NCBI GenBank assembly: GCA_021813125.1
Contig: JAKALT010000006.1
Coordinates: 1-56,265 of the forward strand
Reading direction: 5' to 3'
DNA: 56,265 bases
DNA from: a bacterium
GTDB lineage: Bacteria; Patescibacteriota; Microgenomatia; Curtissbacterales; GWA2-41-24
The notes under the pieces were generated by a model that saw only the letters and a program-made list of their open reading frames with translations, ran no database searches and was not told where the DNA came from. Positions within the stretch are counted from its first letter, which is position 1; every line of letters begins with the position of its first letter. Positions 7,708 to 16,174 of the stretch are shown here, in pieces. Made by a program: the position numbers and the translations under genes.

Positions 7708-8778
7708 ATGCCCCGCCCGCAAAATATACCCAAGAAATGGCTTTTTCTGCTTGGGCTGGTTGTTATTTTGGTTTCCTTTATCGCCTTCACACGGCCGGGC
7801 AAAACTCTCTACAAAGTCTTTCGTCTGGCAACAGCCCTTAACCCTTCTGAAACAACATTTACCAAGCCATCCAAAATAAAATACGCCCAAATTTCCTACC
7901 CAGACGACGGCAAGTTTACACAAGCCCTGATTTTTCGAAAAGGCGCCCAAAAACAGAGTGCCGTAATTATTTCGGCTGGCGTTGGGCTCACAAATTACAA
8001 CACTAGCCTTATCAACAGTTTCGCATCTAGCCTTGCCGATTTAGGGATAACCGTCATGATTCCGCAAACCCAAAGTATGCAGGACAACATCGTTACCGAA
8101 AGCTCAATCAGAAGTTACGTTAACGCCTTCCGCTACCTTGAAAGCCAAAATTCAATCGACAAAAACAAAATCGGTTACTTCGGTTTTTGCGCAGGCGCCA
8201 GCTTTTTGGCCCTGGCAGCCGAAGACAAAGACATCGCCGACCGCATTTCATTGTTAGCCCTATTTTCCCCGTACAACGACTTGATAGACTACTACGCCCA
8301 AGCCTTTGCTCACCAAGCGATAACAGTCACCAACTCACGAGATTGGAAACCGCACCCCCAAACAGTCGACCTTCTTGAGAAAAACTTCACCTACCGGGCA
8401 AATTTAATCCCATCGGAAACGTTAAACGCTGCACAAACTAACCAAATCACAAAGCAACCGCAAAACGCCCTGGAGAAAAAACGGCAGATTGAAAGTGTCC
8501 TCCCCCAAACTATGCTGGATGAAGCAAAACTTCTTTCCCCAAATCATGCCGCCCAAAATATCAAAGCAAAAACCTACATCGTCCACGACTACAACGACAC
8601 CTTTACCCCCAGGGAAGAATCCGAACGCTTAAAAGCCGAAATCCAAAACGCCCAGCTTATTGAACCGACCATCTTCGACCACACCATTTTTAGAAAAGAC
8701 ATCTCGCCTCTTACCTGGGCAATCCAGGGCTCACAGGTTTTAATCTTCTTTTACAAAATCCTCTATAACGTCAGCTAA
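7708..8778 (+). CDS. alpha/beta hydrolase, dienelactone-hydrolase-like (Cys nucleophile elbow)
   Basis: N-terminal TM helix. GFCAG nucleophile elbow (G-x-C-x-G as in DLH). Later Asp (IVHDYNDTF) and His (FDHTIF) candidates. Confidence 0.5.
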   Translation: MPRPQNIPKKWLFLLGLVVILVSFIAFTRPGKTLYKVFRLATALNPSETTFTKPSKIKYAQISYPDDGKFTQALIFRKGAQKQSAVIISAGVGLTNYNTSLINSFASSLADLGITVMIPQTQSMQDNIVTESSIRSYVNAFRYLESQNSIDKNKIGYFGFCAGASFLALAAEDKDIADRISLLALFSPYNDLIDYYAQAFAHQAITVTNSRDWKPHPQTVDLLEKNFTYRANLIPSETLNAAQTNQITKQPQNALEKKRQIESVLPQTMLDEAKLLSPNHAAQNIKAKTYIVHDYNDTFTPREESERLKAEIQNAQLIEPTIFDHTIFRKDISPLTWAIQGSQVLIFFYKILYNVS

Positions 8779-8789
8779 AAAAAGCATAG

Positions 8790-8841
8790 TAAAGGGCAGG
8801 CCTTAACATAGTAATTGCTAGACAAAGGCCTGCCCTTAACC
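8790..8841. repeat. REP-like hairpin, copy 5
   Basis: TAAAGGGCAGGCCTTAAC-loop-GACAAAGGCCTGCCCTTAACC, 12 bp after the stop at 8778. Confidence 0.9.
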
Positions 8842-8899
8842 TGTGCCTCGGCTTGATTTTACCCACTCAAGCGCTTTAATCTAATATCAGGAGACCATT

Positions 8900-9040
8900 T
8901 TGAAACACCCTGCCAAAAAGCACCCGCCACACTATTTCTCGCACTTTCTCGACGACCCGCTCGTCGCTTCCCTATTTGCCACAATAGCCCTTTTGGCACT
9001 TATGTTTGCGCTTATACAGTTTGCTAGGACCATATCCTAA
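8900..9040 (+). CDS. possible 46-aa single-TM micro-protein (below the ORF-track cutoff)
   Basis: TTG start with an AGGAGA Shine-Dalgarno-like sequence ~7 nt upstream. Encodes MKHPAKKHPPHYFSHFLDDPLVASLFATIALLALMFALIQFARTIS. Its stop lies 4 nt before the ATG of the next gene. Confidence 0.3.
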   Translation: MKHPAKKHPPHYFSHFLDDPLVASLFATIALLALMFALIQFARTIS

Positions 9041-9044
9041 AACG

Positions 9045-9434
9045 ATGGAAAAAATTATGACTAAAACCCTTGACCTTACCATAAAAATCGCCATCATAAT
9101 TCTTGCTCTCGCCCTCTTTTGGTTCGCCTTTGTCTACTACCCGCAAGTCGTCAACAAATTCCAGGGGCACAGGGCAAGTTTTGTGACCAATGTCCAGGCA
9201 AGCTCAAAAAGCCTGCCATACCAAAATAATCACTTCAAAATTGAATACGCTCCAGCGCAAAACGCTTACAAAATCACAATTTTGGCACAAACCTTAGACC
9301 AGTACGACCAGTACAAAACCGAATCAAATCTAGTTTTGAAAAATATCCTTTCTCTGGACAAAATCTGCGGCCTGAATATTTTTTACGAGAGCAGCTTTTC
9401 TTTTGTTAAAACGGAAGCCCAAAAAGGTTGCTAA
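9045..9434 (+). CDS. hypothetical membrane-anchored protein
   Basis: ATG at 9045. TM helix IKIAIIILALALFWFAFVYY. No recognised motif. Confidence 0.5.
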   Translation: MEKIMTKTLDLTIKIAIIILALALFWFAFVYYPQVVNKFQGHRASFVTNVQASSKSLPYQNNHFKIEYAPAQNAYKITILAQTLDQYDQYKTESNLVLKNILSLDKICGLNIFYESSFSFVKTEAQKGC

Positions 9435-9446
9435 ATTCTACTAAAT

Positions 9447-9992
9447 TTACGGGTTTATGACGCAGTAGTTGTAACCCGAAGACGGTTGGCAAGGAAGCTT
9501 TCCAGTTGCCACACAATCGGTTGTTGATGGATTGCAATAGTTTGAGTCGTTTGTGTTTTCCAAGACAGAATTTATCTGGTAGTTATTTACACCTGTTGTG
9601 GTGTAGTTGTAGCTCCTAGTTGGGGTGTCTGGGTCGGTTGGTAAAGGATTTAGGTAAATTAAGCCAAAACAGGTAAATGATTTGCCCCAGTTAATCCTTG
9701 TTGAATCACCGGGTGGCGTTGTGACATTACAGGTTATGTCTCCGCTTGTCGTAGCTGGATATTTATTATTCGCATGGTAATATTGCTCGACTGCTTGCTG
9801 GACAGCCTTTAAGTCTGCTTTTCTTTTGCCGTCCCTGCTTTTTTTCTGCGCTTGGGTGAAAGAAGCGGTTGTGATTGCTGCCAAAACTCCGATTATCGAA
9901 ATTACTATTAGAAGCTCGACCAAAGTGAAACCGGGTTTAAAATTCCAAATTCCAAACTCCAATTTCCAAATTTTAAGTTTTGTCCGGGGCAT
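9447..9992 (-). CDS. type IV pilin-like protein
   Basis: Leader MPRTKLKIWKLEFGIWNFKPG|FTLVELLIVISIIGVLAA. Cys-rich C-terminus ending NYCVINP. The start at 9992 is preferred over 10028, which runs up to the tRNA. Confidence 0.85.
   Translation of the reverse strand: MPRTKLKIWKLEFGIWNFKPGFTLVELLIVISIIGVLAAITTASFTQAQKKSRDGKRKADLKAVQQAVEQYYHANNKYPATTSGDITCNVTTPPGDSTRINWGKSFTCFGLIYLNPLPTDPDTPTRSYNYTTTGVNNYQINSVLENTNDSNYCNPSTTDCVATGKLPCQPSSGYNYCVINP
9939..9982. repeat. heptamer word array inside the pilin leader coding sequence
   Basis: AATTCCA AATTCCA AACTCCA ATTTCCA AATTTTA AGTTTTG on the plus strand. Confidence 0.9.
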
Positions 9993-10031
9993 TGATTTAT
10001 TGTTTATTGCCGGGGGATCAATTGTCAAATG

Positions 10032-10103
10032 TCGGGGTGCTGGGAATTGAACCCAGTGTCTCTCCGTCCCGAACGAAGCGTGTTACCGATACACTACACC
10101 CCG
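10032..10103 (-). tRNA. tRNA-Pro (anticodon CGG)
   Basis: Hand-folded cloverleaf: acceptor CGGGGTG/CACCCCG, anticodon stem CTTCG/CGGAG with loop TTCGGGA, T-arm CTGGG-TTCAATT-CCCAG, discriminator A. No encoded CCA. Confidence 0.85.
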
Positions 10104-10113
10104 AAACCCTAAG

Positions 10114-10163
10114 TTAAGGTCAGGTCTTAACCTGGGATAGTCTAGACAAAGGCCTGACCTTTA
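10114..10163. repeat. REP-like hairpin, copy 6, between the two tRNA genes
   Basis: TTAAGGTCAGGTCTTAAC-loop-GACAAAGGCCTGACCTTTA. Confidence 0.85.
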
Positions 10164-10168
10164 TCATG

Positions 10169-10241
10169 TACCGCTGAGAGGAGTCGAACCTCCAACCTTT
10201 CCCTTAGGACGGGACTGCTCTATCCATTGAGCTACAGCGGC
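10169..10241 (-). tRNA. tRNA-Arg (anticodon CCU)
   Basis: Acceptor GCCGCTG/CAGCGGT, D-arm TAGCTCAATGGATAGAGC, anticodon loop GTCCTAA, T-arm GGAGG-TTCGACT-CCTCT. No encoded CCA. Confidence 0.8.
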
Positions 10242-10310
10242 AAAGCATCAATATTTTAACTTAATGGGAAAATAAGAACAAATGTAATAGCTAAAAGGTC
10301 AGGCCAGGGC

Positions 10311-10372
10311 AAAGGGCAGGCCTTTGTCACGGTAATGCTAAGGTTAAGGCATGCCCTTAACCTGGCATCTAT
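10311..10372. repeat. REP-like hairpin, copy 7 (reverse orientation)
   Basis: AAAGGGCAGGCCTTTGTC-loop-GTTAAGGCATGCCCTTAACC, i.e. the loop-proximal TGTC and GTTAA ends are swapped relative to copies 2, 3 and 5. Confidence 0.8.
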
Positions 10373-10398
10373 AGTTTTGGGTTTGGGACTTGATGTGT

Positions 10399-10653
10399 TT
10401 ACGCCACCAGCACAAAAAAGCCGGCCAAAACCGCAATGAGGGCTATAAGGAGGTATTCCAAAAACAGTCGCCCCGTTGCTTCCCGCCTGGCGTGGTGGTA
10501 CGAAAATCCCCAGACAATATAAAACGTTGCCAAAAGAACTATTATTAAAAACTGTTCTGTCGGATTGTACCTTGCCAAATAAATAGCCACGGCACCAACC
10601 GCAAACCCAAAATACAAAAACAAATGCGCCAGTTTGTCCAAATGCTTATTCAT
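10399..10653 (-). CDS. small polytopic membrane protein
   Basis: 84 aa with three predicted TM helices. No motif recognised. Confidence 0.5.
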   Translation of the reverse strand: MNKHLDKLAHLFLYFGFAVGAVAIYLARYNPTEQFLIIVLLATFYIVWGFSYHHARREATGRLFLEYLLIALIAVLAGFFVLVA

Positions 10654-11022
10654 TTAGTTCATAGTCATTCGTTCATGGTTCATAGACTTTCTGAGTGCAT
10701 TGATTCTTTTAGCTAAATCGCTTGTGGATACATATAGCTTATCGTATTCCTGTTTAGATAGAAGGCCAAGCTCCAAAGAGACTTTGTACAAAGCAACCAA
10801 CTCATAGCATGAACCTACAGCCATTGTTAAAAAATGTCTGAAGTCCTTTTTTGTCCTGCTTGAACCTTCCGCTATATTCAGCGGTACAGATACTGCAGCT
10901 CTTCTCATCTGACCAACTAATCCAAAAAGTTCGTCTTTCGGATATTTCTTGGTCAATTTATAAATGTCAGTTGTTAACAAAACAGCCTCCTGGTAAACAT
11001 TTAATCTCTCAAAATTAATCAC
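10654..11022 (-). CDS. four-helix-bundle protein (23S rRNA intervening-sequence protein family), intact
   Basis: YQEAVLLTTDIYKLTKKYPKDELFGLVGQMRRAAVSVPLNIAEGSSRTKKDFRHFL matches the family pattern. The C-terminal residues MNHERMTMN are encoded by the flanking word array. Confidence 0.85.
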   Translation of the reverse strand: MINFERLNVYQEAVLLTTDIYKLTKKYPKDELFGLVGQMRRAAVSVPLNIAEGSSRTKKDFRHFLTMAVGSCYELVALYKVSLELGLLSKQEYDKLYVSTSDLAKRINALRKSMNHERMTMN

Positions 11023-11052
11023 TTTTATTCACCATGAACCATGAACCATGAA

Positions 11053-12033
11053 CTAAATTATTGCTCCTTGTACCGCATACCAAATCACCAGAAGCACAAA
11101 GCCGAGCATTCCCAAATGCGCAACTACCCCCGGCCTCAACTGCAAATTGTCCCGCCTCACAACAAATAAAACTTCAATAGCAAACAGGAAAAATATAAAA
11201 CCTACAATCGCCAAAGTCACAAATTTACTAATCGAAAACTGCCTGCTTGCCAAAACTGTCGCACTGCTGCCAGCCCCGCTTACAGGTTCCAAATTGACGT
11301 TGTCTATCGGGTTAGTAACTGCAAGCGGCGCCGGGCTTGGGGCCATGCTTGGGCTTGGCAAAGGTGTTGGCTGCGCGGCAACTTGCTTCCCTGCCGTCTG
11401 CGATGTCGGGCTGGCAACGGGGCTAGGTGCTACAGCCAAAGTTGGTGTTGTTGGTACCCCCGCAACCGGAGTCCCGAACATTTGCACAACCAAAATCCCG
11501 TCCACCCCGGTCAATTTTCCGGAAGAAACCGCAACTCCGATTTCTTTAAAATTGGCATCCAGAATATTTTCGCGGTGAGAAGGTGAATTCATCCAGGCAT
11601 CCACAACAGACCCCGCATCGTTAAAATCACGGGCCAGATTTTCCCCAGCGTAGATATACCTGTATCCAACAGCATTTATAAAACTCCATGGAGTTCTCCC
11701 CAAGGGCGAATTATGCGCCCAGTAGTTAACCGCAAACATGTCCTGCGCTTTGGCGGCAGCAGCTGTTGCCAACTGTCCGTTATAAACAAGCGGCCCCAAA
11801 CCGTTTTGGACCCTCTTGGCATTGGTCAAATCGATAATTTCCTGGGCGGAAAAAGTGGCTACACCCAACACCTGCGGTGCTCTCAGCTTTACAAAATAAA
11901 GCCCGGCTATAAGAAAAACAAAAATCTGGAAATACGTAAAAAGCGCCGGCAAAGTCAGCGCATGGGCGTGGTGCTGCTCGCCGTCTTCGTGGTGGTGGGG
12001 AACAATTTGACGTGCGATTTTCTGGTGGATCAC
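11053..12033 (-). CDS. CAP/SCP (YkwD-like) domain protein with N- and C-terminal TM segments
   Basis: CAP-domain pattern NAKRVQNGLGPL...YAGENLA...WMNSPSHRENIL...EIGVAV. His-rich N-terminus. GTG start. Confidence 0.75.
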   Translation of the reverse strand: MIHQKIARQIVPHHHEDGEQHHAHALTLPALFTYFQIFVFLIAGLYFVKLRAPQVLGVATFSAQEIIDLTNAKRVQNGLGPLVYNGQLATAAAAKAQDMFAVNYWAHNSPLGRTPWSFINAVGYRYIYAGENLARDFNDAGSVVDAWMNSPSHRENILDANFKEIGVAVSSGKLTGVDGILVVQMFGTPVAGVPTTPTLAVAPSPVASPTSQTAGKQVAAQPTPLPSPSMAPSPAPLAVTNPIDNVNLEPVSGAGSSATVLASRQFSISKFVTLAIVGFIFFLFAIEVLFVVRRDNLQLRPGVVAHLGMLGFVLLVIWYAVQGAII

Positions 12034-12109
12034 AAATTAAGTATAGCGCCTAAAACTACTTATTGAATAGCCATACAGACACCTGAACAAGTCACTTATA
12101 TGTAATTGG

Positions 12110-12138
12110 TTGACACGTCAGTACAATGTCAGTACAAT
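12110..12138 (+). promoter_or_regulatory. near-consensus promoter overlapping a tandem operator-like repeat (Phd/Doc operon)
   Basis: TTGACA (12110-12115), 17-nt spacer, TACAAT (12133-12138). GTCAGTACAAT is repeated twice across the spacer and -10 element. The ATG lies 8 nt after the -10, so the mRNA would be nearly leaderless. Confidence 0.6.
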
Positions 12139-12146
12139 GTCAACAT

Positions 12147-12389
12147 ATGCAAAAAGTGTTTGTAAATGGTAATTCACTTGCTGTTACAGTACCAAAAGCT
12201 TTCGCCGACCAGTTAAACATTAAAACCGGAACGCCTATCCAGTGGGAAAAAACAGAAAAAGGTTTATTGCTCTACTCGCCGCAAATAGTCGCGAAAAGCC
12301 CAAGATCAATAGACCCGAAAGTTATTAACTTGATTGAGAAGATTTCCAAAAAATACTCCAAAGTGTGGCAAGAATTAGCAAAACTCTAA
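12147..12389 (+). CDS. AbrB/MazE/Phd-type antitoxin
   Basis: SpoVT/AbrB-like swapped-hairpin pattern VNGNSLAVTVPKAFADQLNIKTGTPIQWE. It overlaps the Doc gene start by 25 nt. Confidence 0.7.
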   Translation: MQKVFVNGNSLAVTVPKAFADQLNIKTGTPIQWEKTEKGLLLYSPQIVAKSPRSIDPKVINLIEKISKKYSKVWQELAKL

Positions 12390-12763
12390 AATATCTCTCC
12401 GAAGCGGAACTTATTGCAATAAATCACGAAATGGTTGCAAAGTATGGAGGCTTGCATGGGGTGCGTGATTTAAATTTCTTAAGGCTAGCCATTGGGCGGC
12501 CACAAATGTCCGCTGGCCTAAAAGATGCCTACCCAACAATCTACCTGAAAGCAGCTTCAATGTTCCATTCAATAATCAACAATCATCCATTCCTGGATGG
12601 GAACAAAAGAACATCACTTTTCAGCACCGTACTTTTTCTTGAATATAATGGGTATCATATTCAGTTCACAAAAAAAGAGGCGATTAATTTCACCCTAAAA
12701 GCACATAACGACGACTGGACTGTTGAACAAATTGCAGCTTGGATCAAAAAACATCTGGTATAG
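12365..12763 (+). CDS. doc: Doc (death-on-curing) family toxin, Fic fold
   Basis: Doc-type Fic motif HPFLDGNKRTS. GTG start overlaps the antitoxin. Confidence 0.85.
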   Translation: MARISKTLKYLSEAELIAINHEMVAKYGGLHGVRDLNFLRLAIGRPQMSAGLKDAYPTIYLKAASMFHSIINNHPFLDGNKRTSLFSTVLFLEYNGYHIQFTKKEAINFTLKAHNDDWTVEQIAAWIKKHLV

Positions 12764-12851
12764 CATTTTATGGGCAAAATGGCTTGCCACTTTCCTATGG
12801 ATCACAAGAATAGTTTAACTGCACGAGGCAGCAACTAACAAGCCCAATTAG

Positions 12852-12884
12852 AAAAAGCCTACCGAAAAACCGATAGGCTTTATT
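12852..12884. terminator. bidirectional intrinsic terminator candidate
   Basis: Stem AAAGCCTA/TAGGCTTT with A-run and T-run flanks, between the convergent genes ending at 12763 (+) and 12905 (-). Confidence 0.55.
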
Positions 12885-12904
12885 CTGAAAACAACTCCAC
12901 TCAT

Positions 12905-13966
12905 CTAATCTTCCGGTTGTTGACTGCTGTGGTGCCCTTCACCGTCGTCATGGTGCCCGTCATCATTGTTACCTTCATGACGATCACTATCGTGTTTATC
13001 CTTGTCCTTTTGATGCTCCACAAATTCAACGCACTGACCTTGATTCCTAAATGTAGGATTGTTGAATGTCTTCCATCCGCCATTCTTACACTGATCCTTT
13101 GTAGTCGGCGGACCTACCAAAATCGGTCCTGAAAGTGTCGAAAGGTTATCGATCAAGAAACCCTTTCCGGCATCCGCTGCGTTGGCAGCACCGCTCTCCC
13201 TAAAGAGAACTGTTTTGACAATTCTAGGACTTTGCTCAGCAATAGCTTCAGGATCGTATCGGTAGTAATTCTCCCAACTTGTACCTGTGTGAACCAAAGT
13301 TCCATCAATCCAAACCTTTACTACATCGTTGGAAGGACCATCCAATAGATCCATTGTTAGCTTTACCGTGTGAGGAACTGTTCTATCAAGTCCCGCTGCA
13401 ACCTGCGTTTCAACGAAATTTGCAGGATTTGTAGTTCCCTGTACATCGTCAAAGAACACATCAAGTCCGGCTGTGCCGTCTTCAAACCTCAAATAACTCA
13501 TGCGAGAACCGTCACCCCTATCCGGAGAAACAGATGTATGCATGCCCGGTTGTTGTGCACCCGGAACGGTTGAGGCAATATCAAATTGCATCTCAAAATG
13601 CCTCTGCAGTGTTCCCGTTGAAAATGTTCCGGCCGTGGAATCCACTTCCCCAACCGCATTCACCAAAGGTTTTGCAAATGCCTGATCACCAAAACATCCG
13701 CTTGTCACCGCATCGGAAAGCCTGAATGATTGGCCTCCGAAAGACGCATAACCGTAAGTGTTTGCTACAACGCCTTCATCATATACGGCACATCCTGACC
13801 CTGCGCTTCCTAAAGCTGTCCATCCGTCCTGGCCATTGATATTCCCAACAGTATATGTGGGAGACTCAAAATTTATGGAAAGGGAATCTGCAAGTGCCGG
13901 AACCGCCAAAGCTCCAAGCATCAATGCTCCTGCTGCGCCTCCTACTAAAATTTTCTTAATATTCAT
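12905..13966 (-). CDS. secreted protein of unknown function with CKNGGW...NQGQC motif and acidic His-rich tail
   Basis: Signal peptide MNIKKILVGGAAGALMLGALAVPALA (ATG at 13966 preceded by GGAGGGGAGG). C-terminal CKNGGWKTFNNPTFRNQGQCVEFV followed by an H/D-rich tail. Confidence 0.6.
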   Translation of the reverse strand: MNIKKILVGGAAGALMLGALAVPALADSLSINFESPTYTVGNINGQDGWTALGSAGSGCAVYDEGVVANTYGYASFGGQSFRLSDAVTSGCFGDQAFAKPLVNAVGEVDSTAGTFSTGTLQRHFEMQFDIASTVPGAQQPGMHTSVSPDRGDGSRMSYLRFEDGTAGLDVFFDDVQGTTNPANFVETQVAAGLDRTVPHTVKLTMDLLDGPSNDVVKVWIDGTLVHTGTSWENYYRYDPEAIAEQSPRIVKTVLFRESGAANAADAGKGFLIDNLSTLSGPILVGPPTTKDQCKNGGWKTFNNPTFRNQGQCVEFVEHQKDKDKHDSDRHEGNNDDGHHDDGEGHHSSQQPED

Positions 13967-13971
13967 ATTTT

Positions 13972-14262
13972 TCACCTCCCCTCCGGGCCAGAGGCCCTAC
14001 GGGCCGGTGGCTCCTCTTTTTGTAATTGTTCAATGAATTTCTTTTTCTTATCACCATGTGTTTTTAAGTTATACTCAACCCACCTTGCTTCATTTCTCGT
14101 CTCATAAACTTTAGTCCCTATTAAAATAAATGGCGTCCTACTTTTGGTTGACCTAACCATTCCCGAATTATGTTCCGTTAACCTTTTTTCTATATCGTAA
14201 GTTTGACCCACATAGTACTTTTTATCTTTCAAACTTTGTAAAACGTATACAAAATACTTCAT
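13972..14262 (-). CDS. GIY-YIG nuclease family protein (UPF0213-like)
   Basis: YFVYVLQS...KYYVGQT...RLTEHN pattern. The last ~14 aa are encoded by a GC-rich flanking repeat. Confidence 0.8.
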   Translation of the reverse strand: MKYFVYVLQSLKDKKYYVGQTYDIEKRLTEHNSGMVRSTKSRTPFILIGTKVYETRNEARWVEYNLKTHGDKKKKFIEQLQKEEPPARRASGPEGR

Positions 14263-14291
14263 CTGTCTCTACGAGCCATAGGCCCTACGGC

Positions 14292-14316
14292 CGGCGGCCA
14301 TAAAAAAACCCGCATA
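14292..14316 (-). terminator. rho-independent terminator candidate
   Basis: On the minus strand: ACCCGCA-GGTTA-TGCGGGT followed by TTTTTTT. Confidence 0.6.
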
Positions 14317-14475
14317 ACCTGCGGGTCTAGCTATTTAAAAAACTGAATTTTGTCTAAAAAAACCATACAAAGTGCAGGCTTTTCCGGTTCAGAATATAGA
14401 CTTGAAAACATCCAATGTCAACAGGCTAAAACCGAATAACTATATCAATATATATAGGAAGGATAGTTTTGTGTA

Positions 14476-15489
14476 TTAATTAGGAAGGGCCGTAAGCTTG
14501 AAATACTTTTCCAAAACACCGGCGGCAAGTTTCGAGGAATTATCATCGTTAAAAATGGCGGTCGAGCCCCCAAATGAAGTCCAGTAACTAAGGCCAATAA
14601 CCTGCGGGTCTTTGGACAGTTCCAAAAGCGCCGCCGCAAGCCAATCCGCCTGCTCTTGGTCTGTCATTTTGCCGTTGATGTCCGGAATCGGCACGCCCAG
14701 CTCGCCTAAAAATACCTTCGCTTGCGCCTGCTTTTCTAAGTCGCGGATGTCACCGGTAAGCTTCTGGGGCGACTTAACGTAATGGTCAATGGCCACTACC
14801 CCACCCATGGCTTTTGCCGTAGCCTCATCCATTACAAGCCTGGCTACATCCATATTCATCGACCATAAACTGCAGTCCACTTCTTTACCAATCTTGCGGA
14901 AGCTTTCGTCACACGCCTGCTTTTCATCTGTCATAAACTTGCGGAAACCCGAAACGTCACCTGTTGCCCTTGGATCCCCCGGCCCGCCGTTTTCGCATTC
15001 CGGACAAGGACTGAAAAAATCACCATCTACAAAAAGACCCGGATTTTTCTGGATGAAACTTCGCGTCATCTTTAAATGCTCGTCCCGTGTTAAATTGTTG
15101 TCCTGCCCGAACCAGCCTTCCCAAGCTGAAAAATTGCCCCTAAACCAGACGTGCAGGTTATAACGCCTCGCAGCCACTACCCATCGGGTTAAAACCGGCA
15201 CAAACTTGTCGTCATAGGGTGTGGCAATAGCAACCGTATTGGCTCCCGTTTGGGCAATTGCTTTAACCTGCGTGTCAATTGTCGTATCGAAGGTAGAATC
15301 GCCCAAAGCCTGGCCCGAAAGGTCACGTGAATATTTCATCGTGTCAATAGATTTTATCTGCCAGACACGCTCTTCTTTTATAGGAGAAGCGGGTTTCGTA
15401 TTAACTTGCGGCTTTTTTGCCAGAAAATAAACCCCAACTATCGCTATCAGCAATAGGCCAAAAATCACTATATTTCTTGAAAGGGTCAT
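14476..15489 (-). CDS. membrane-anchored putative glycoside hydrolase (TIM-barrel, clan GH-A-like)
   Basis: N-terminal TM helix. Beta/alpha-barrel-like alternation with candidate acid/base (CPECENGG) and nucleophile (VFLGELG) glutamates. Assignment by pattern only. Confidence 0.4.
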   Translation of the reverse strand: MTLSRNIVIFGLLLIAIVGVYFLAKKPQVNTKPASPIKEERVWQIKSIDTMKYSRDLSGQALGDSTFDTTIDTQVKAIAQTGANTVAIATPYDDKFVPVLTRWVVAARRYNLHVWFRGNFSAWEGWFGQDNNLTRDEHLKMTRSFIQKNPGLFVDGDFFSPCPECENGGPGDPRATGDVSGFRKFMTDEKQACDESFRKIGKEVDCSLWSMNMDVARLVMDEATAKAMGGVVAIDHYVKSPQKLTGDIRDLEKQAQAKVFLGELGVPIPDINGKMTDQEQADWLAAALLELSKDPQVIGLSYWTSFGGSTAIFNDDNSSKLAAGVLEKYFKLTALPN

Positions 15490-15530
15490 CTCATTTTTAC
15501 TTTCCTAAAATCAGCATTGGTTGATCCGTT

Positions 15531-16157
15531 TTATATTTTTTGTAAAGTTTCTTTAAGGGCATCCGCAATTAGTAAATCCAATTTCTTTAAATTGTGTTTA
15601 TCTGCAGCTTTCATCGCCTTGATATAGTTTTGTCTGTCCTTAGTTGAATCAGCTTTGATTTCAAAAGCAGGTAATCCCAAATTCAAAGCAATAAGATTAG
15701 TCATAAGTCTTGCGGTTCTACCGTTATAATCGTTGAAAGGATGGATCCAGACAAATTGATGTTGAAACCAGGCGAGAAGTGATATGGCCTCTTTTAAATA
15801 CTTTTCATCTTTTGTGGCTGATGGAATATGTTGTAGCCTTTCATCGAAATCCGCACACAGATTTTTAACAAGTTCTGGGACTTTACTAAAATGAGGCGGT
15901 TCAAAATCACCAACGGCTACATTTATCGTTCTGAATTTACCTGTCCATTCGGGAAAAATAAAACCAAAACTTTCTTTGTGGATATCACAAATTAACTGTG
16001 GGGTGATTTTATTCTTTTTTGAATTTAGCTTGAGAATATATTTAAGGCCTTTTGCAACACCTTGTTTTTCTAACTGGATTATTTTTGGCCTGGGAAGGAT
16101 TCCAAATGCTGTTTCCTTGTAACTAGTTGCTCCTTTGGGTTTTGTTGATTTCGCCAC
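15531..16157 (-). CDS. Fic family protein
   Basis: Fic motif HPFNDYNGRTAR. Tyr replaces the usual Gly/Ala at position 6 of HxFx(D/E)GN(G/K)RxxR. Confidence 0.8.
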   Translation of the reverse strand: MAKSTKPKGATSYKETAFGILPRPKIIQLEKQGVAKGLKYILKLNSKKNKITPQLICDIHKESFGFIFPEWTGKFRTINVAVGDFEPPHFSKVPELVKNLCADFDERLQHIPSATKDEKYLKEAISLLAWFQHQFVWIHPFNDYNGRTARLMTNLIALNLGLPAFEIKADSTKDRQNYIKAMKAADKHNLKKLDLLIADALKETLQKI

Positions 16158-16174
16158 AATAACTTGGAAGAAAA

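Noticed and set aside
10029-10031. Encoded CCA 3' ends for the two tRNAs
   Set aside because: The bases following the discriminators are not CCA on the tRNA strand, so CCA must be added post-transcriptionally.
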